Source of the DNA: Dendrobates tinctorius
Taxonomy: Eukaryota
Reading direction: 5' to 3'
DNA length: 64,000 nt
NCBI RefSeq assembly: GCF_039654945.1
Contig: NW_027361974.1
Coordinates: forward strand, 1,240,001 to 1,304,000
Notes under the pieces: model-generated
Databases searched by the model: none
Told to the model about the DNA's origin: nothing
What the model saw: only the letters and a program-made list of their open reading frames with translations
Shown here: positions 26,752 to 49,221 of the stretch, in pieces
Layout: each line of letters opens with the position of its first letter
Numbering within the stretch: position 1 is the first letter of the stretch
Position numbers and translations under genes: made by a program

Positions 26752-27740
26752 CCCGCAGAAGACGACAAGAGCGGCGCTGAGAACGGATGAGGATGACCGT
26801 ACAGGAATCCACTACTATAAGAAAGGCCAGAGTGACGCGTGAGCCATTTCCACCAATCATTGACGGGGCCTATAAGCAGAGCGGTGCCAGCTGCCAGTGG
26901 TCAGGAGCGCTGAGGGGTGGCTCCATCAGAGGGCGCCATTTCACTGGATCCGGCAGAAGACGACAAGAGCGGCGCTGAGAACGGATGAGGACGACCGTAC
27001 AGGAATCCACTACTATAAGAAAGGCCGGAGTGACGCGTGAGCCATTTCCACCAATCACTGACGGGGCCTAGAAGCAGAGTGGTGGCTGCCAGTGGTCAGG
27101 AGCGCTGAGGGGTGGCTCCATCAGAGGGCGCCATTTCACTGGATCCGGCAGAAGACGACAAGAGCGGCGCTGAGAACGGATGAGGATGACAGTACAGGAA
27201 TCCACTACTATAAGAAAGGCCGGAGTGACGCGTGAGCCATTTCCACCAATCACTGACGGGGCCTATAAGCAGAGCGGTGCCAGCTGCCAGTGGTCAGGAG
27301 CGCTGAGGGGTGGCTCCATCAGAGGGCGCCATTTCACTGGATCCGGCAGAACACGACAAGAGCGGCGCTGAGAACGGATGAGGACGACCGTACAGGAATC
27401 CACTACTATAAGAAAGGCCGGAGTGACGCGTGAGCCATTTCCACCAATCACTGACGGGGCCTAGAAGCAGAGTGGTGGCTGCCAGTGGTCAGGAGCGCTG
27501 AGGGGTGGCTCCATCAGAGGGCGCCATTTCACTGGATCCGGCAGAAGACGACAAGAGCGGCGCTGAGAACGGATGAGGACGACCGTACAGGAATCCACTA
27601 CTATAAGAAAGGCCGGAGTGACGCGTGAGCCATTTCCACCAATCACTGACGGGGCCTAGAAGCAGAGCGGTGGCTGCCAGTGGTCAGGAGCGCTGAGGGG
27701 TGGCTCCATCAGAGGGCGCCATTTCACTGGATCCGGCAGG
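26752..27740. repeat. Five tandem 195/198-bp units between the divergent C16orf87 and GPT2 starts
   Basis: GCAGAAGACGACAAGAGCGGCGCTGAGAACGG (or a one-base variant) recurs at spacings of 198, 195, 198 and 195 bp. Confidence 0.95.
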
Positions 27741-28269
27741 AGGCCGGGGTCACACTTGGGAGAAACTCGCACGAGTCTCGCGTCTCAATACCCGGCACTC
27801 GGGACCGCTGCTGCCGGTCTCCTCTCCAGTGACCGCTGCTGCCAATCGCGCCATCCTGACCCAATGGGAGGCTGGCAGGAGAGATGGCACGCTGCTGACA
27901 GTCTGATATTACATTCTGCATCACTCTCTACCAGCTGTAATGTCACTTCTTACCTGAGACATTTCCAGTATTTTCCCCACTATTTATGTATGATAATATT
28001 ATATATTTGGATATTAGAGTTATTTACATTTGCTGAGTATATTTATATCGCATTCATTGTGACATTTCTATTTAGTCATCTGTTCTAGACACTGAGTGAA
28101 GCAGTTCCCATAGCAACCGCCCAAAGAGGCGCAATGAAGCTGGCCTGTGATTGGCTGCCACAGACAGTGACTGCCTGCAGTTCCCACGTGTCACCAGCAG
28201 AGGGTGCGGCGGAGCCTGCGCCCGGGTCATCGCGTGGCACTGCTGATCCCCGCAGTCGTCTGCGCTGCC

Positions 28270-39109
<10,840 letters not shown>

Positions 39110-39774
39110 GCGTCCGGAAAAAGTCTCGGAGAATGGAAATCGCCGCATTCACCTTACAGCAGGGAAAGGGTTAAAATGCATTTATTTTTTGGTGGAGGGT
39201 CCAGGGATGCAACACAAGGACAGAGGGGGTCGTCTGCAGAGGACGGTGCGCCCTCCGGTGGATGGACTGTTACTTTGTATTTAGACTTTTCTTATTTGTT
39301 ACAATTGTTTACAAAACATTGGAATCTTTCAGCCATAATATGTAACGATGACAAGCGGCCTGTGCCGGGGGAGCGAAGTCGGGACCCTGCTACACTCATT
39401 AAGGGGTAATCCGGCACCAAATGGCGTAAGTCCAGTGGTCGCTCCCGCCATCATTACGCTCCGGCCGTGTCCTCAGGTCTCATACGCATAAGTATTGTGC
39501 GCTTCCCACAGGCAGAAGTGAGCGGTTCCCCATTCCCTCCTCTAAACCCGTCTAGTCCGGCCCCGGGGCCCCCGATCCGTGCCGGATTATCACAGGAAGA
39601 AATTAAAGGGGCGCGAGTTACAGGTGCTCCCATCCTGCTCCTATCACACTCAGGCCCCGGCCGCTGCCAAAGTGAGCCCAGCGGAATTACCCCTTTAAGG
39701 CAACATTCATTGCTTCCTGTAACCCTCTCTGATTGCAGGACTGTATGAGACCTGCTACCTGTGCTGACGCTCTC

Positions 39775-41197
39775 CCCCCGGATGCAGTGTAACGGGGGCA
39801 TTTCCTGACTTCTGATCCCCCCGGATGCAGTGTAACGGGGGCATTTCCTGACTTCTGATCCCCCCGGATGCAGTGTAACGGGGGCATTTCCTGACTTCTG
39901 ATCCCCCCAGATGCAGTGTAACGGGGGCATTTCCTGACTTCTGATCCCCCCGGATGCAGTGTAACGGGGGCATTTCCTGACTTCTGATCCCCCCGGATGC
40001 AGTGTAACGGGGGCACTTCCTGACTTCTGATCCCCCCCCCCGGATGCAGTGTAACGAGGGCATTTCCTGACTTCTGATCCCCCCGGATGCAGTGTAACGG
40101 GGGCATTTCCTGACTCCTGATCCCCCCGGATGCAGTGTAACGGGGGCATTTCCTGACTTCTGATCCCCCCGGATGCAGTGTAACGGCATTTCCTGACTTC
40201 TGATCCCCCCAGATGCAGTGTAACGGGGGCATTTTCTGACTTCTGATCCCCCCGGATGCAGTGTAACGGGGGCATTTTCTGACTTCTGATCCCCCCGGAT
40301 GCAGTGTAACGGGGGCATTTTCTGACTTCTGATCTCCCCGGATGCAGTGTAACGGGGGCATTTTCTGACTTCTGATCCCCCCGGATGCAGTGTAACGGGG
40401 GCATTTTCTGACTTCTGATCCCCCCGGATGCAGTGTAACGGGGGCATTTTCTGACTTCTGATCCCCCCGGATGCAGTGTAACGAGGGCATTTCTTGACTT
40501 CTGATCCCCCCGGATGCAGTGTAACGGGGCATTTCTTGACTTCTGATCCCCTCGGATGCAGTGTAACGAGGGCATTTCTTGACTTCTGATCCCCCCGGAT
40601 GCAGTGTAACGGGGGCATTTTCTGACTTCTGATCCCCCCGGATGCAGTGTAACGGGGGCATTCCCTGACTTCTGATCCCCCGGATGCAGTGTAACGGGGG
40701 CATTTCCTGACTTCTGATCCCCCCGGATGCAGTGTAACAGCATTTCCTGACTTCTGATCCCCCCGGATGCAGTGTAACGGGGCATTTCTTGACTTCTGAT
40801 CCCCTCGGATGCAGTGTAACGAGGGCATTTCTTGACTTCTGATCCCCCCGGATGCAGTGTAACGGGGGCATTTTCTGACTTCTGATCCCCCCGGATGCAG
40901 TGTAACGGGGGCATTCCCTGACTTCTGATCCCCCCGGATGCAGTGTAACGGGGGCATTTCCTGACTTCTGATCCCCCCGGATGCAGTGTAACGAGGGCAT
41001 TTCCTGACTTCTGATCCCCCCGGATGCAGTGTAACAGCATTTCCTGACTTCTGATCCCCCCGGATGCAGTGTAACGGGGGCATTTCCTGACTTCTGATCC
41101 CCCCGATTGCAGTGTAACGGGGGCATTTCCTGACTTTTGATCCCCCCCCCGGATGCAGTGTAACGGGGGCATTTCCTGACTTCTGATCCCCCGGATG
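39775..41197. repeat. 43-bp minisatellite between the GPT2 stop and cdca9 (GGATGCAGTGTAACGGGGGCATTTCCTGACTTCTGATCCCCCC)n
   Basis: About 33 copies. Confidence 0.97.
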
Positions 41198-41744
41198 CAT
41201 TTTGCATATGTTTACACGGTCATACTGGTACTAACTGGGCCTTAAAAGTAAAATTTTAAGTAATAAAAGGTGAACTCTGATTGGCTGCAGGGGTTATTCA
41301 TTCACTGACCAATCGCCTCCGTGACACAATGAAAATGCCACCGTGCCAGTGGTGGGCGGAGATGGCGGTTGTGCGGACCCAGCCGGGGAGGCTTATAATG
41401 AATGGTGAGTCGCGCACATTGTAAGATCCGATGTAGCAGAGTCGGGAATAACATATAATGCAATGAAAATCAAAAATGGTGAAAAAAAAATGAGAAAAAC
41501 TCCCCCAAATCAGTTGTGATCGCCTCTGTCTCTCTGCTGCCACCTAGCTGTGCAGTGGGGTATTACCACATTATTAGCAGACTCGACCAGCATGGTGGAC
41601 AGATGCTGGGTTGAGCAGAAGTTCTGCGTCATCCTAGGGATCACAATCCATGATTCTACCGCTATCTTTAAGGTAATCTACAGAATAAAACGCCGACTGG
41701 CCATGAGCACACTGACAGCAAGCAGAGATCCTAACAGGACGTCC

Positions 41745-41883
41745 AGGCATGCTGGGAGTTGTAGTTTGGCACGGGCGCTCCTCCCCTGTGCCAGGTGCTG
41801 CAGCCTCACCTGCTCGTTATATAAGGGCGGCTCTTGGGGAGGTCTGTGCAGGTGTCAGGTGTGTGTGGCTGCTGCTTGGAATT
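41745..41883 (+). promoter_or_regulatory. Probable cdca9 proximal promoter
   Basis: ZNF143-type motif ACTACAACTCCCAGCATGC on the minus strand (41747-41765), four CAGGTG/CACCTG E-boxes, and TATATAAG at 41818-41825, about 60 nt before the ATG. Confidence 0.55.
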
Positions 41884-44800
41884 ATGCCCCCAAAGAGGAC
41901 CAGGAAGAAGCTGGGGTCCCGCGAGAGTGGGGATTCCGGGCTGGGGATGGCAGATCCGCTGCAGGAACAGAAGAATGAGAAGATCCGGCTCTTCATGCAG
42001 GACTTCATCCAGCAAAGTGAGTGGCCAGCCCAGCCTGGGAGCACGGCCCCGAGCGTGCCCCCTGCCACCGTCCCCGAGCGTGCCCCCCCCCTGCCACCGT
42101 CCCCGAGCGTGCCCCCCCCCTGCCACCGTCCCCGAGCGTGCCCCCCCCCCTGCCACCGTCCCCGAGCGTGCCCCCCCCCCTGCCACCGTCCCCGAGCGTG
42201 CCCCCCCCCTGCCACCGTCCCCGAGCGTGCCCCCCCCCTGCCACCGTCCCCGAGCGTGCCCCCCCCCTGCCACCGTCCCCGAGCGTGCCCTGCCACCGGC
42301 TATGGTGGGAGCTGTAGTTATATCTGATGTAAAGGGTTCCCCCGCTGACCGGACCCTGAGTGTCATCATGGATCAACTGTGGCGGAGGGATTGTTACAGT
42401 GTATTCCCACCCACGGCGGCTCTCTGGCCACTCAGTTGTGTGGGTTGGATACATTGTATCTAAAGGTACTGTCACACTTAGCGATGCACCAGCGATGCCG
42501 ACTAGTGATATGACGCGGTCAGGATCGCTGGTACATCGCTAAGTGGTCGCTAGTGAGCTGCCACACAGGCAGATCTCACCAGCGACATCGCTGGGGACGG
42601 GGGTCGCTACTTACCTGTCACACCAGGCGATCCTGCGTCCTCCCGCCCGGCTCCACGCGTCGCTCGTCTCTCCACAGGAAGCTGACGACGAGAAACAGTC
42701 CTGGACGTTCTCACGCGATGAGCGATAACCAGCGGGGGAGAGGTCGGAGGTATCAGACACAGCGATATCGCTTAGTGTGACAGCCCTTTACTCCCAGCCG
42801 CTCTGTCTGTGCAGGGGGTGGGCAGAGGTCGGTAGGGGTCCCGGGCCCTCGGTCACCGATGTGATGGCTGCCATTTTCGTGTCTTACGCAGAGAAGGAGC
42901 GCATGACGGAGGTGAAGAAGGAGCTGGAGGTTCTGTCCATGCTCCCGGACCAGATCCTAGAGGTGGAGCTCCTGAAGATGCCGACGTCCGTACGACAGAT
43001 GAAGGTTGGCGAGTATTACAGTGAGTAGTGATGCTGCGTAACATGGGGGACACCCAGCTCTGCGGAGCTCCTGACTGGCTGATGCCTCCTCCTATAAGGG
43101 AGCGGGGTTGTGACGGACTGTATGGAGGCCGTGTATGTTGTCTCCCAGCTTTACGAGAGAGTAACAGACTGTTATGTACTGATCTAGAATTGGTTTATCT
43201 GCACTCACAATTCTGTGTGCTTCAGAGCTCTCCTGGGAAGTGAAATGGTGAGTGCAGCTCTGGAGGATAACTCAGGATCAGTAATGTAATGTATGTACAC
43301 AGTGACTACACCAGCAGAATAGTGAGTGCAGCTCTGGAGTATAATACAGGATGTAACTCAGGATCAGTAATGTAATGTATGTACACAGTGACTGCACCAG
43401 CAGAATAGTGAGTGCAGCTCTAGAGTATAATACAAGATGTAACTCAGGATCAGTAATGTATGTACACAGTGACTGCACCAGCAGAATAGTGAGTGCAGCT
43501 CTGGAGGATAATGCAGGAGGTAACTCAGGATCAGTAGTGTAATATATGTACACAGTGACTGCACCAGCAGAATAGTGAGTGCAGCTCTGGGGTATAATAC
43601 AGGATGTAACTCAGGATCAGTAATGTATGTACACAGTGACTGCACCAGCAGAATAGTGAGTGCAGCTCTGGAGTATAATACAGGATGTAACTCAGGATCA
43701 GTAATGTAATGTATGTACACAGTGACTGCACCGGCAGAATAGTGAGTGCAGCTCTGGAGTATAATACAGGAGGTAACTCAGGATCAGTAATGTATGTACA
43801 CAGTGACTGCACCGGCAGAATAGTGAGTGCAGCTCTGGGGTATATTACAGGATATAACTCAGGATCAGTAATGTAATGTATGTACACAGTGACTGCACCA
43901 GCAGAATAGTGAGTGCAGCTCTGGGGTATAATACAGGAGGTAACTCAGGATCAGTAATGTAATGTATGTACACAGTGACTGCACCAGGAGAAGTCACACT
44001 TCTCATCTGTGTTTTTAGAGCTGATGGACTTGAACAAGGCGGACTCTGCTTCCCTTGTGAAGGTGAGGGGCATGCTGATACCTGTAGTTCTCTCTGGTGT
44101 TGGCTCCTTTATGGCTCTGTACTTTCCATCTTCCTCGGTTGCAGGCTGACAGTCTGGATGAAGAACTCCAAGAGGCCAAACTAGTAAGAAAGAACAGCAA
44201 GAAGGGTAAGTGTGTGTCTGGCGCTAGATGCCACGCGCTGTGATGGTCGCGTTACCAGCAGATTCTCTCTTCAGTTAAAGTGACCACGACTGAGGGACCC
44301 CATGATCCTAAAGTGATGTCCACGACGCAGAAGAATCGGACCGTGCAGAAGGTGAGCGCAGAGGTCACCGAGGACCTGACACCGGGGTGTAGCTCTTATC
44401 TTAACCATCTGGTGGTTTAAATCAATAAATATATCACTGAACAGCAGAACAATTCCAGAGCGACGCTCGGTGACGGGTCCTTGTTAGGGTCAAGGAAGAA
44501 GAGAGAGGAGGGTGCTGTCCAAGGGTGACCTACTGGCATCTGGATGGTGGTGGCCAAACTGCTGGAGGAACAGGACAGTCCGCGCCCCGTCCTGCGTCCG
44601 CGCCCCGTCCTGCGTCCGCGCCCCGTCCTGCGTCCGCGCCCCGTCCTGCGTCCGCGCCCCGTCCTGCGTCCGCGCCCCGTCCTGCGTCCGCGCCCCGTCC
44701 TGCGTCCGCGCCCCGTCCTGCGTCCGCGCCCCGTCCTGCGTCCGCGCCCCGTCCTGCGTCCGCGCCCCGTCCTGCGTCTACCTTTTCTCTCCCCACAGGT

Positions 44801-46192
44801 TGTGAAGAGTAAATCTCTTGTTTCTCTGACTAATGATTCTGGGAAGAAAACGGCCTCTTTACCCAGGTAACTTGTGGGGGCTCTGGGTGGAAATGTGACC
44901 ATTGGCAGAATATCTAATACTTATTTCCCCACTGTGGAATATTGGCCTAAACCCCAGGGAGCGGAGGGGTAAACGCTGCTGACCCCATCATGTTCCAATG
45001 ATGGTAATGGTTTATTACCCCTGCCATTGGGGACAGGGGCGACTGAATCTTGATGTACTCTGCTGTAGTCAGTGGTGTAACGAGAGTCCGATGGGCACAG
45101 TGCAATATTTGGACTACATGAACTTCAGCTGAATGTGTCCTGACATCCTGAGCTCGTGTCGGCGGGCCCCTCAAGAGTGTGCTCTGCCATCGTTGTGCCC
45201 CTGGCTGTAGTATGCTGATGCTGTAGGGATAGTGGGGGGGAAATGTGCAAAATAACAAGCACTTATTTGGAGTCCAGTTCTTGGACTAAACCAACCAGAT
45301 ACAGATGTATGTGGAAGGAAGCAGCTCCTGAAGTCACCACTAGAGGGAGCTGACTGTGTACAGCTCATGGGGGTTGTGTGGGGAGCTCCCCCTAGTGGGG
45401 GGCAAAGGGTTAATTACATCTTAATGGTGGAAGCTTCATGAGATTTGTTATTAATGACATTGATTACTTAGGTCCATATCGGCAACGCCATTAAATAAAG
45501 CTCCTAAAAAGATGGTGTCCACGTCATCCTGCAGAACTATATCCAGAGCCTCGAGGTACAGCTGACTTTATGCCTTGCACAATGTGGTTGCCCTTTGCTA
45601 TAGTACTGTGTGGAAACAAACTTTTTTTTTTTTTTTGCAGAAATGTGGTGGCACCTCCTCCTACCCGCGTCACAAGAAGCCGCGTCTGCTCATCGGTGAC
45701 GGACATCCCGACGCTACATGAAGGCCTTCCGTTTGTACATATACCACTGGTGGGTGGGCAGGTAATGGCGGACACCAGGTCTGGCTGGGGGGGTGTTCTG
45801 ATGCCCCTGCCAACATTAAAGGTGCCGTCCTGGTATGTTCCCATAAGTGGGATGAAAACGTGGGACACGGACTAAGTGCTTTGTGGCGCAGCCTCCAGGG
45901 TCTGCCTGGCCTCCTCTTACCATGTAATTCTTTCCCTGCAGACGTTGTCATCGGCGTACGACGACCTGGAGTCTCTGGACGTGGAGCTGCTGAGACAAGA
46001 CACAGTGCAGCACATACACACACTGGTGGTAAGAGGCAAACATGGAGGACTAGACAGAGATCATGGAGTCATCCACTGGCTGCAAGGAGGAATGTGAGGT
46101 GTCTTCCACCATCTCCATCTTTGTCTCCTCAGGGTCAGCTCACCACCCTGTGCGCCAAAGCCACGCAGCATCTCGGGGGCGGCCAAGAGTGA
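41884..46192 (+). CDS. cdca9: Borealin-2 / Dasra-A (chromosomal passenger complex subunit, non-mammalian borealin paralogue), 287 aa, 10 exons
   Basis: Exons 41884-42016, 42892-43020, 44019-44062, 44145-44205, 44275-44351, 44799-44866, 45472-45555, 45641-45761, 45942-46028, 46133-46192 (864 nt), all GT-AG with consistent phases. Protein [11 protein letters not shown]...[13 protein letters not shown]...LEVELLKMP...[14 protein letters not shown]...PFVHIPL...[20 protein letters not shown] closely follows Xenopus Dasra-A as I recall it. Confidence 0.9.
42047..42297. repeat. 29-30-bp C-rich minisatellite 30 nt after the cdca9 exon 1 donor
   Basis: About 8 copies of TGCCACCGTCCCCGAGCGTG(C)n. Confidence 0.95.
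42464..42787. mobile_element. PIF/Harbinger-type MITE in cdca9 intron 1
   Basis: Imperfect TIRs AGGTACTGTCACACTTAGCGAT / ATCGCTTAGTGTGACAGCCCT with TAA and TTA flanks. Confidence 0.65.
43245..43987 (-). repeat. 81/86-bp satellite array (reverse orientation) in cdca9 intron 2
   Basis: About 9 copies, reverse complement of the 18295 array. Confidence 0.95.
44577..44778. repeat. 18-bp adenine-free minisatellite (CGCGCCCCGTCCTGCGTC)11 in cdca9 intron 5
   Basis: Eleven perfect copies abutting the polypyrimidine tract. Confidence 0.97.
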
Positions 46193-46223
46193 TAGAGACC
46201 GGAGAGCCGCGTCCTTCAGAGTA

Positions 46224-46268
46224 TTTTTATAAATGTCTTATTTATGCAAGTTCTGTAATTCTAATAAA
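46224..46268 (+). promoter_or_regulatory. cdca9 3' UTR: CPE (TTTTTAT) plus poly(A) signal (AATAAA)
   Basis: TTTTTAT at 46224-46230 and AATAAA at 46263-46268 in a 3' UTR of about 90 nt. Confidence 0.65.
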
Positions 46269-46305
46269 TCTATGTACTAATCTGATCACTGAGCATTAAT
46301 CTGTG

Positions 46306-46754
46306 TGTGAGAATCATGTGGGAATAGTGGATGAGGGCAGGTATATCTCGCCCAGATTCCTTTCCTATGTGGCCTAGTCTGGTCAGTATCGCACCTGCTT
46401 ACTAATAAATAATGGGAGGTGGATATAAAAGGATGCCAGGTGGTTGTGTGAGTGTCTCAGCCTGGGAACACAGAGAGCCTGTCTGTGTGAGAGACACACG
46501 TGAGTGGAAGCAGTGCTCACTGCAACTGTGGTTTGGCTGGATGGGAGAAGCCCGCCAGTTGGTAGTTAGGTTGTCCATTGTTTAGTTAGTGCCGGACTGG
46601 CAAGGATTTGTTTTATTTCCTTTTGCATTGCTTTCACCGTTAATAAACCTGACCCAGGGTCAGTTATACCCGAATCCCAGCTCTGCGCCTGAGTTTCATG
46701 CTGAACACACGTGACCTTTGACCCCAGCAAAGGCGATCCCGGAGTGTTATCACA
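46306..46754 (+). mobile_element. Solo LTR, 449 bp (4-bp TSD, Gypsy- or ERV-like)
   Basis: Termini TGTGAGAA...TTATCACA with TGTG duplicated on both sides (46302-46305, 46755-46758). Internal TATAAAA at 46424 and AATAAA at 46642. Confidence 0.75.
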
Positions 46755-46804
46755 TGTGTGAGGGCTACTACCTGGAGGAGGTGGTAAGGAACAAGTGTTA
46801 ACAA

Positions 46805-47040
46805 TCATACTCCAGAGCTGCACTCACTATTCTGCTGGTGTAGTCAATGTGTACATATATTACATTACTGATCCTGAGTTACATCCTGTATTATACCCCA
46901 GAGCTGCACTCACTATTCTGCTGGTGCAGTCACTGTGTACATACATTACTGATCCTGAGTTACATCCTGTATTATACCCCAGAGCTGCACTCACTACTCT
47001 GCTGGTGCAGTCACTGTGTACATACATTACTCATCCTGTA
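46805..47040 (+). repeat. Short array (about 3 units) of the 81/86-bp satellite
   Basis: Same unit as the 18295 array. Confidence 0.9.
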
Positions 47041-47694
47041 ACATAATGGTGAATTAAGGAGACTTACTGTAGGGTGAAATTACCAATAAATCCTAGAGCA
47101 GCATGCAAACTAGATTGGACGAGGTAATGTAGTCTGACCCCTTCTGCAGGTAATTGGGAGACACAACCCTTAGCGTGTGACCCCCTTAGTTAGGAATGAT
47201 GACTCTGGCCTCATATTGGACTTTCTCTGAGCACTTGGTTATTTCCATGGGCAGCAGGGAAGTCTCCCATTCCTGTGTCAGGGAACACTAAGGGTACACG
47301 TTGCTGATCTGCAGCAGTTTTCCGCGAGGTGTACAATACCATGTTATCTTATGGAAAACAAACTGCTGTGCACATGCTGCAGAAAAGTAGCATTTTTTTA
47401 CTGCTAAATCTGAATTCTTTGTGCAGATTCTGTGGCATTTTTACACCGATTCTGTTCTAAGAATCCACAGGTGTAAAAAAAAAAAAAAAAAGCTAGCATT
47501 GTGACCTGCAGATTCTGGGCAGAAGGATCCGCAACATGTGCACACACCCTAAAGGTAATCACTAGTGCTGCTGATGACTCTCCCAGACGTGCGGGGCCTG
47601 CTTGCTAAGATACGGCTTTCAGGAGCTCTCCATTCTGATGCAGCAGTAAATGGCTCGGGCTGGTGCTGTGTAACCACTAATGGAGCAGATTTGG

Positions 47695-48420
47695 GTTTCT
47701 GTCCCATCTCCATGCTGATAACACCCAATTATAAACCATCTTATGCCCCTCACCCATGCATTATCTTGCATACCAGGGCTTGTCTGTCTCTAACATGTCT
47801 TCCCTCAACCTACCTGAGCCCAATATCACTGTTACTCACCCGCAGCAGACTTTGGAGGAGGGGGGCACATTTGACTCAGATCTTAACTTCAGCCCCTACA
47901 GCTGTACGCTCATATCACCTGCACTTCAAACATCTCCAGGATTTGGCCTTTTCGAACCGTCAATCTCATTCCTTCTCATCTGGACTGTTGCATCTCTTTA
48001 CTCATCGGTCTACTAAACTATTCCCTCTGATGCTTCCTAGATGCTGCCCATAGGATCACTTTCCTGTCCAGCCACTACACCAATGCCTCCACCCTGTGCC
48101 AGTCATTGCACTGGTTACCCATCCGCTACAGAATAGTTAAAATTTATCTCCCACCCCTAAAGCTCTCCACGGCTCAGTACCACCCTATTTCTCTCCCCTT
48201 ATCTCTGTCTGTCACCTTACCTGTGCCCTCCATTATGCTCATGACCTAAGACTAACATCCTCAATCCAAACATCTCATTCCCCACTTCAAGACATTTCTT
48301 GTGCTGTTTCACCACTCTGGAATGCTTCATCCAAAATAACTTAATTCCAAATATCCAGTGTTATAAGCGTGGTCTAAAACCACATTTCTTTATACTGGCC
48401 TATCACGTCTCTTATCTACG
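47695..48420 (+). mobile_element. Decayed 3' fragment of an L2-clade LINE
   Basis: Near 47705 it translates as HLHADNTQL* (degenerate YADDTQLY RT motif) and near 48100 as QSLHWLPIRYRI (L2-type C-terminal motif). Many indels. Confidence 0.75.
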
Positions 48421-48779
48421 TCTATCATTTTTGCTTCCGACTTGCACACATGCAGACGATGTGGTCAAAAAAACGGCAATGGAACTGGTGGTAGAGACAC
48501 TGATAGATTAATCTAAGACTAAAGGCAGGAACCTTTAATTAGAAGAACCACTCCAGCGCTGAAGGAAAAAACCCCCCACTGGAATGGTGCCGTCAAACAA
48601 AATAATTTTTCTGTTATTATATCCTCTTTGTGAGAAAAAAAAAAATGGATTTTTTGTTTTAGACACTTGCAGGATAAACTGGCCATTTTTATGACTATCC
48701 GATATTAGTGTAAAAGCAACGTTTCTGTGCATATTTGTCACCATGATGGACAGCAGCAGAGATACAGACCATGAAATTG

Positions 48780-48785
48780 TTTATT
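48780..48785 (-). terminator. Probable DNAJA2 poly(A) signal
   Basis: TTTATT on the + strand about 440 nt past the stop codon. Confidence 0.5.
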
Positions 48786-49221
48786 CTATATGTAGCAGGT
48801 CATGTAAGTGCAGCCAAATACACAGCTTCAGAACAAAAAACATACACAGTACAGGTCCAAACGTAAGAGGAAACGGAAAATCTACACAGACTGGTAAGAA
48901 TCAAGCGGCTGGTACAAAGAGCGGCAGATTTACGTCTCGTCTTTTTTTTGGGGATTTTAAATTTTTTCTCGTCAGAACTGCAGGTAAAGCCGTGTGGTTA
49001 GTTTACACAGATTAAATTATAACACTCTGAAAATACTAAATCGAACCAATTTAAAAGTTGCAAGTACAGCGTCGGAGATGTCCGTCATATCAGAACCATT
49101 GGGGCAATTCTCTGGGTCGCAGAAACGAAAAAAAAAACAAAACAAATAGAACAGGCAAAAAAATAATTATAATTATCTGAAACAAAATCCTTGTTTGTTG
49201 TGCAATTCTGCATAGAATTGG

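Noticed and set aside
28204-28269. Upstream GTG start for GPT2 given in the ORF track
   Set aside because: GCCATGA at 28270 is a normal Kozak ATG giving a plausible presequence. A non-AUG extension is unsupported.
47292-47549. Possible further Harbinger-type MITE remnant (another near 26290)
   Set aside because: The termini are too degraded to define boundaries confidently.
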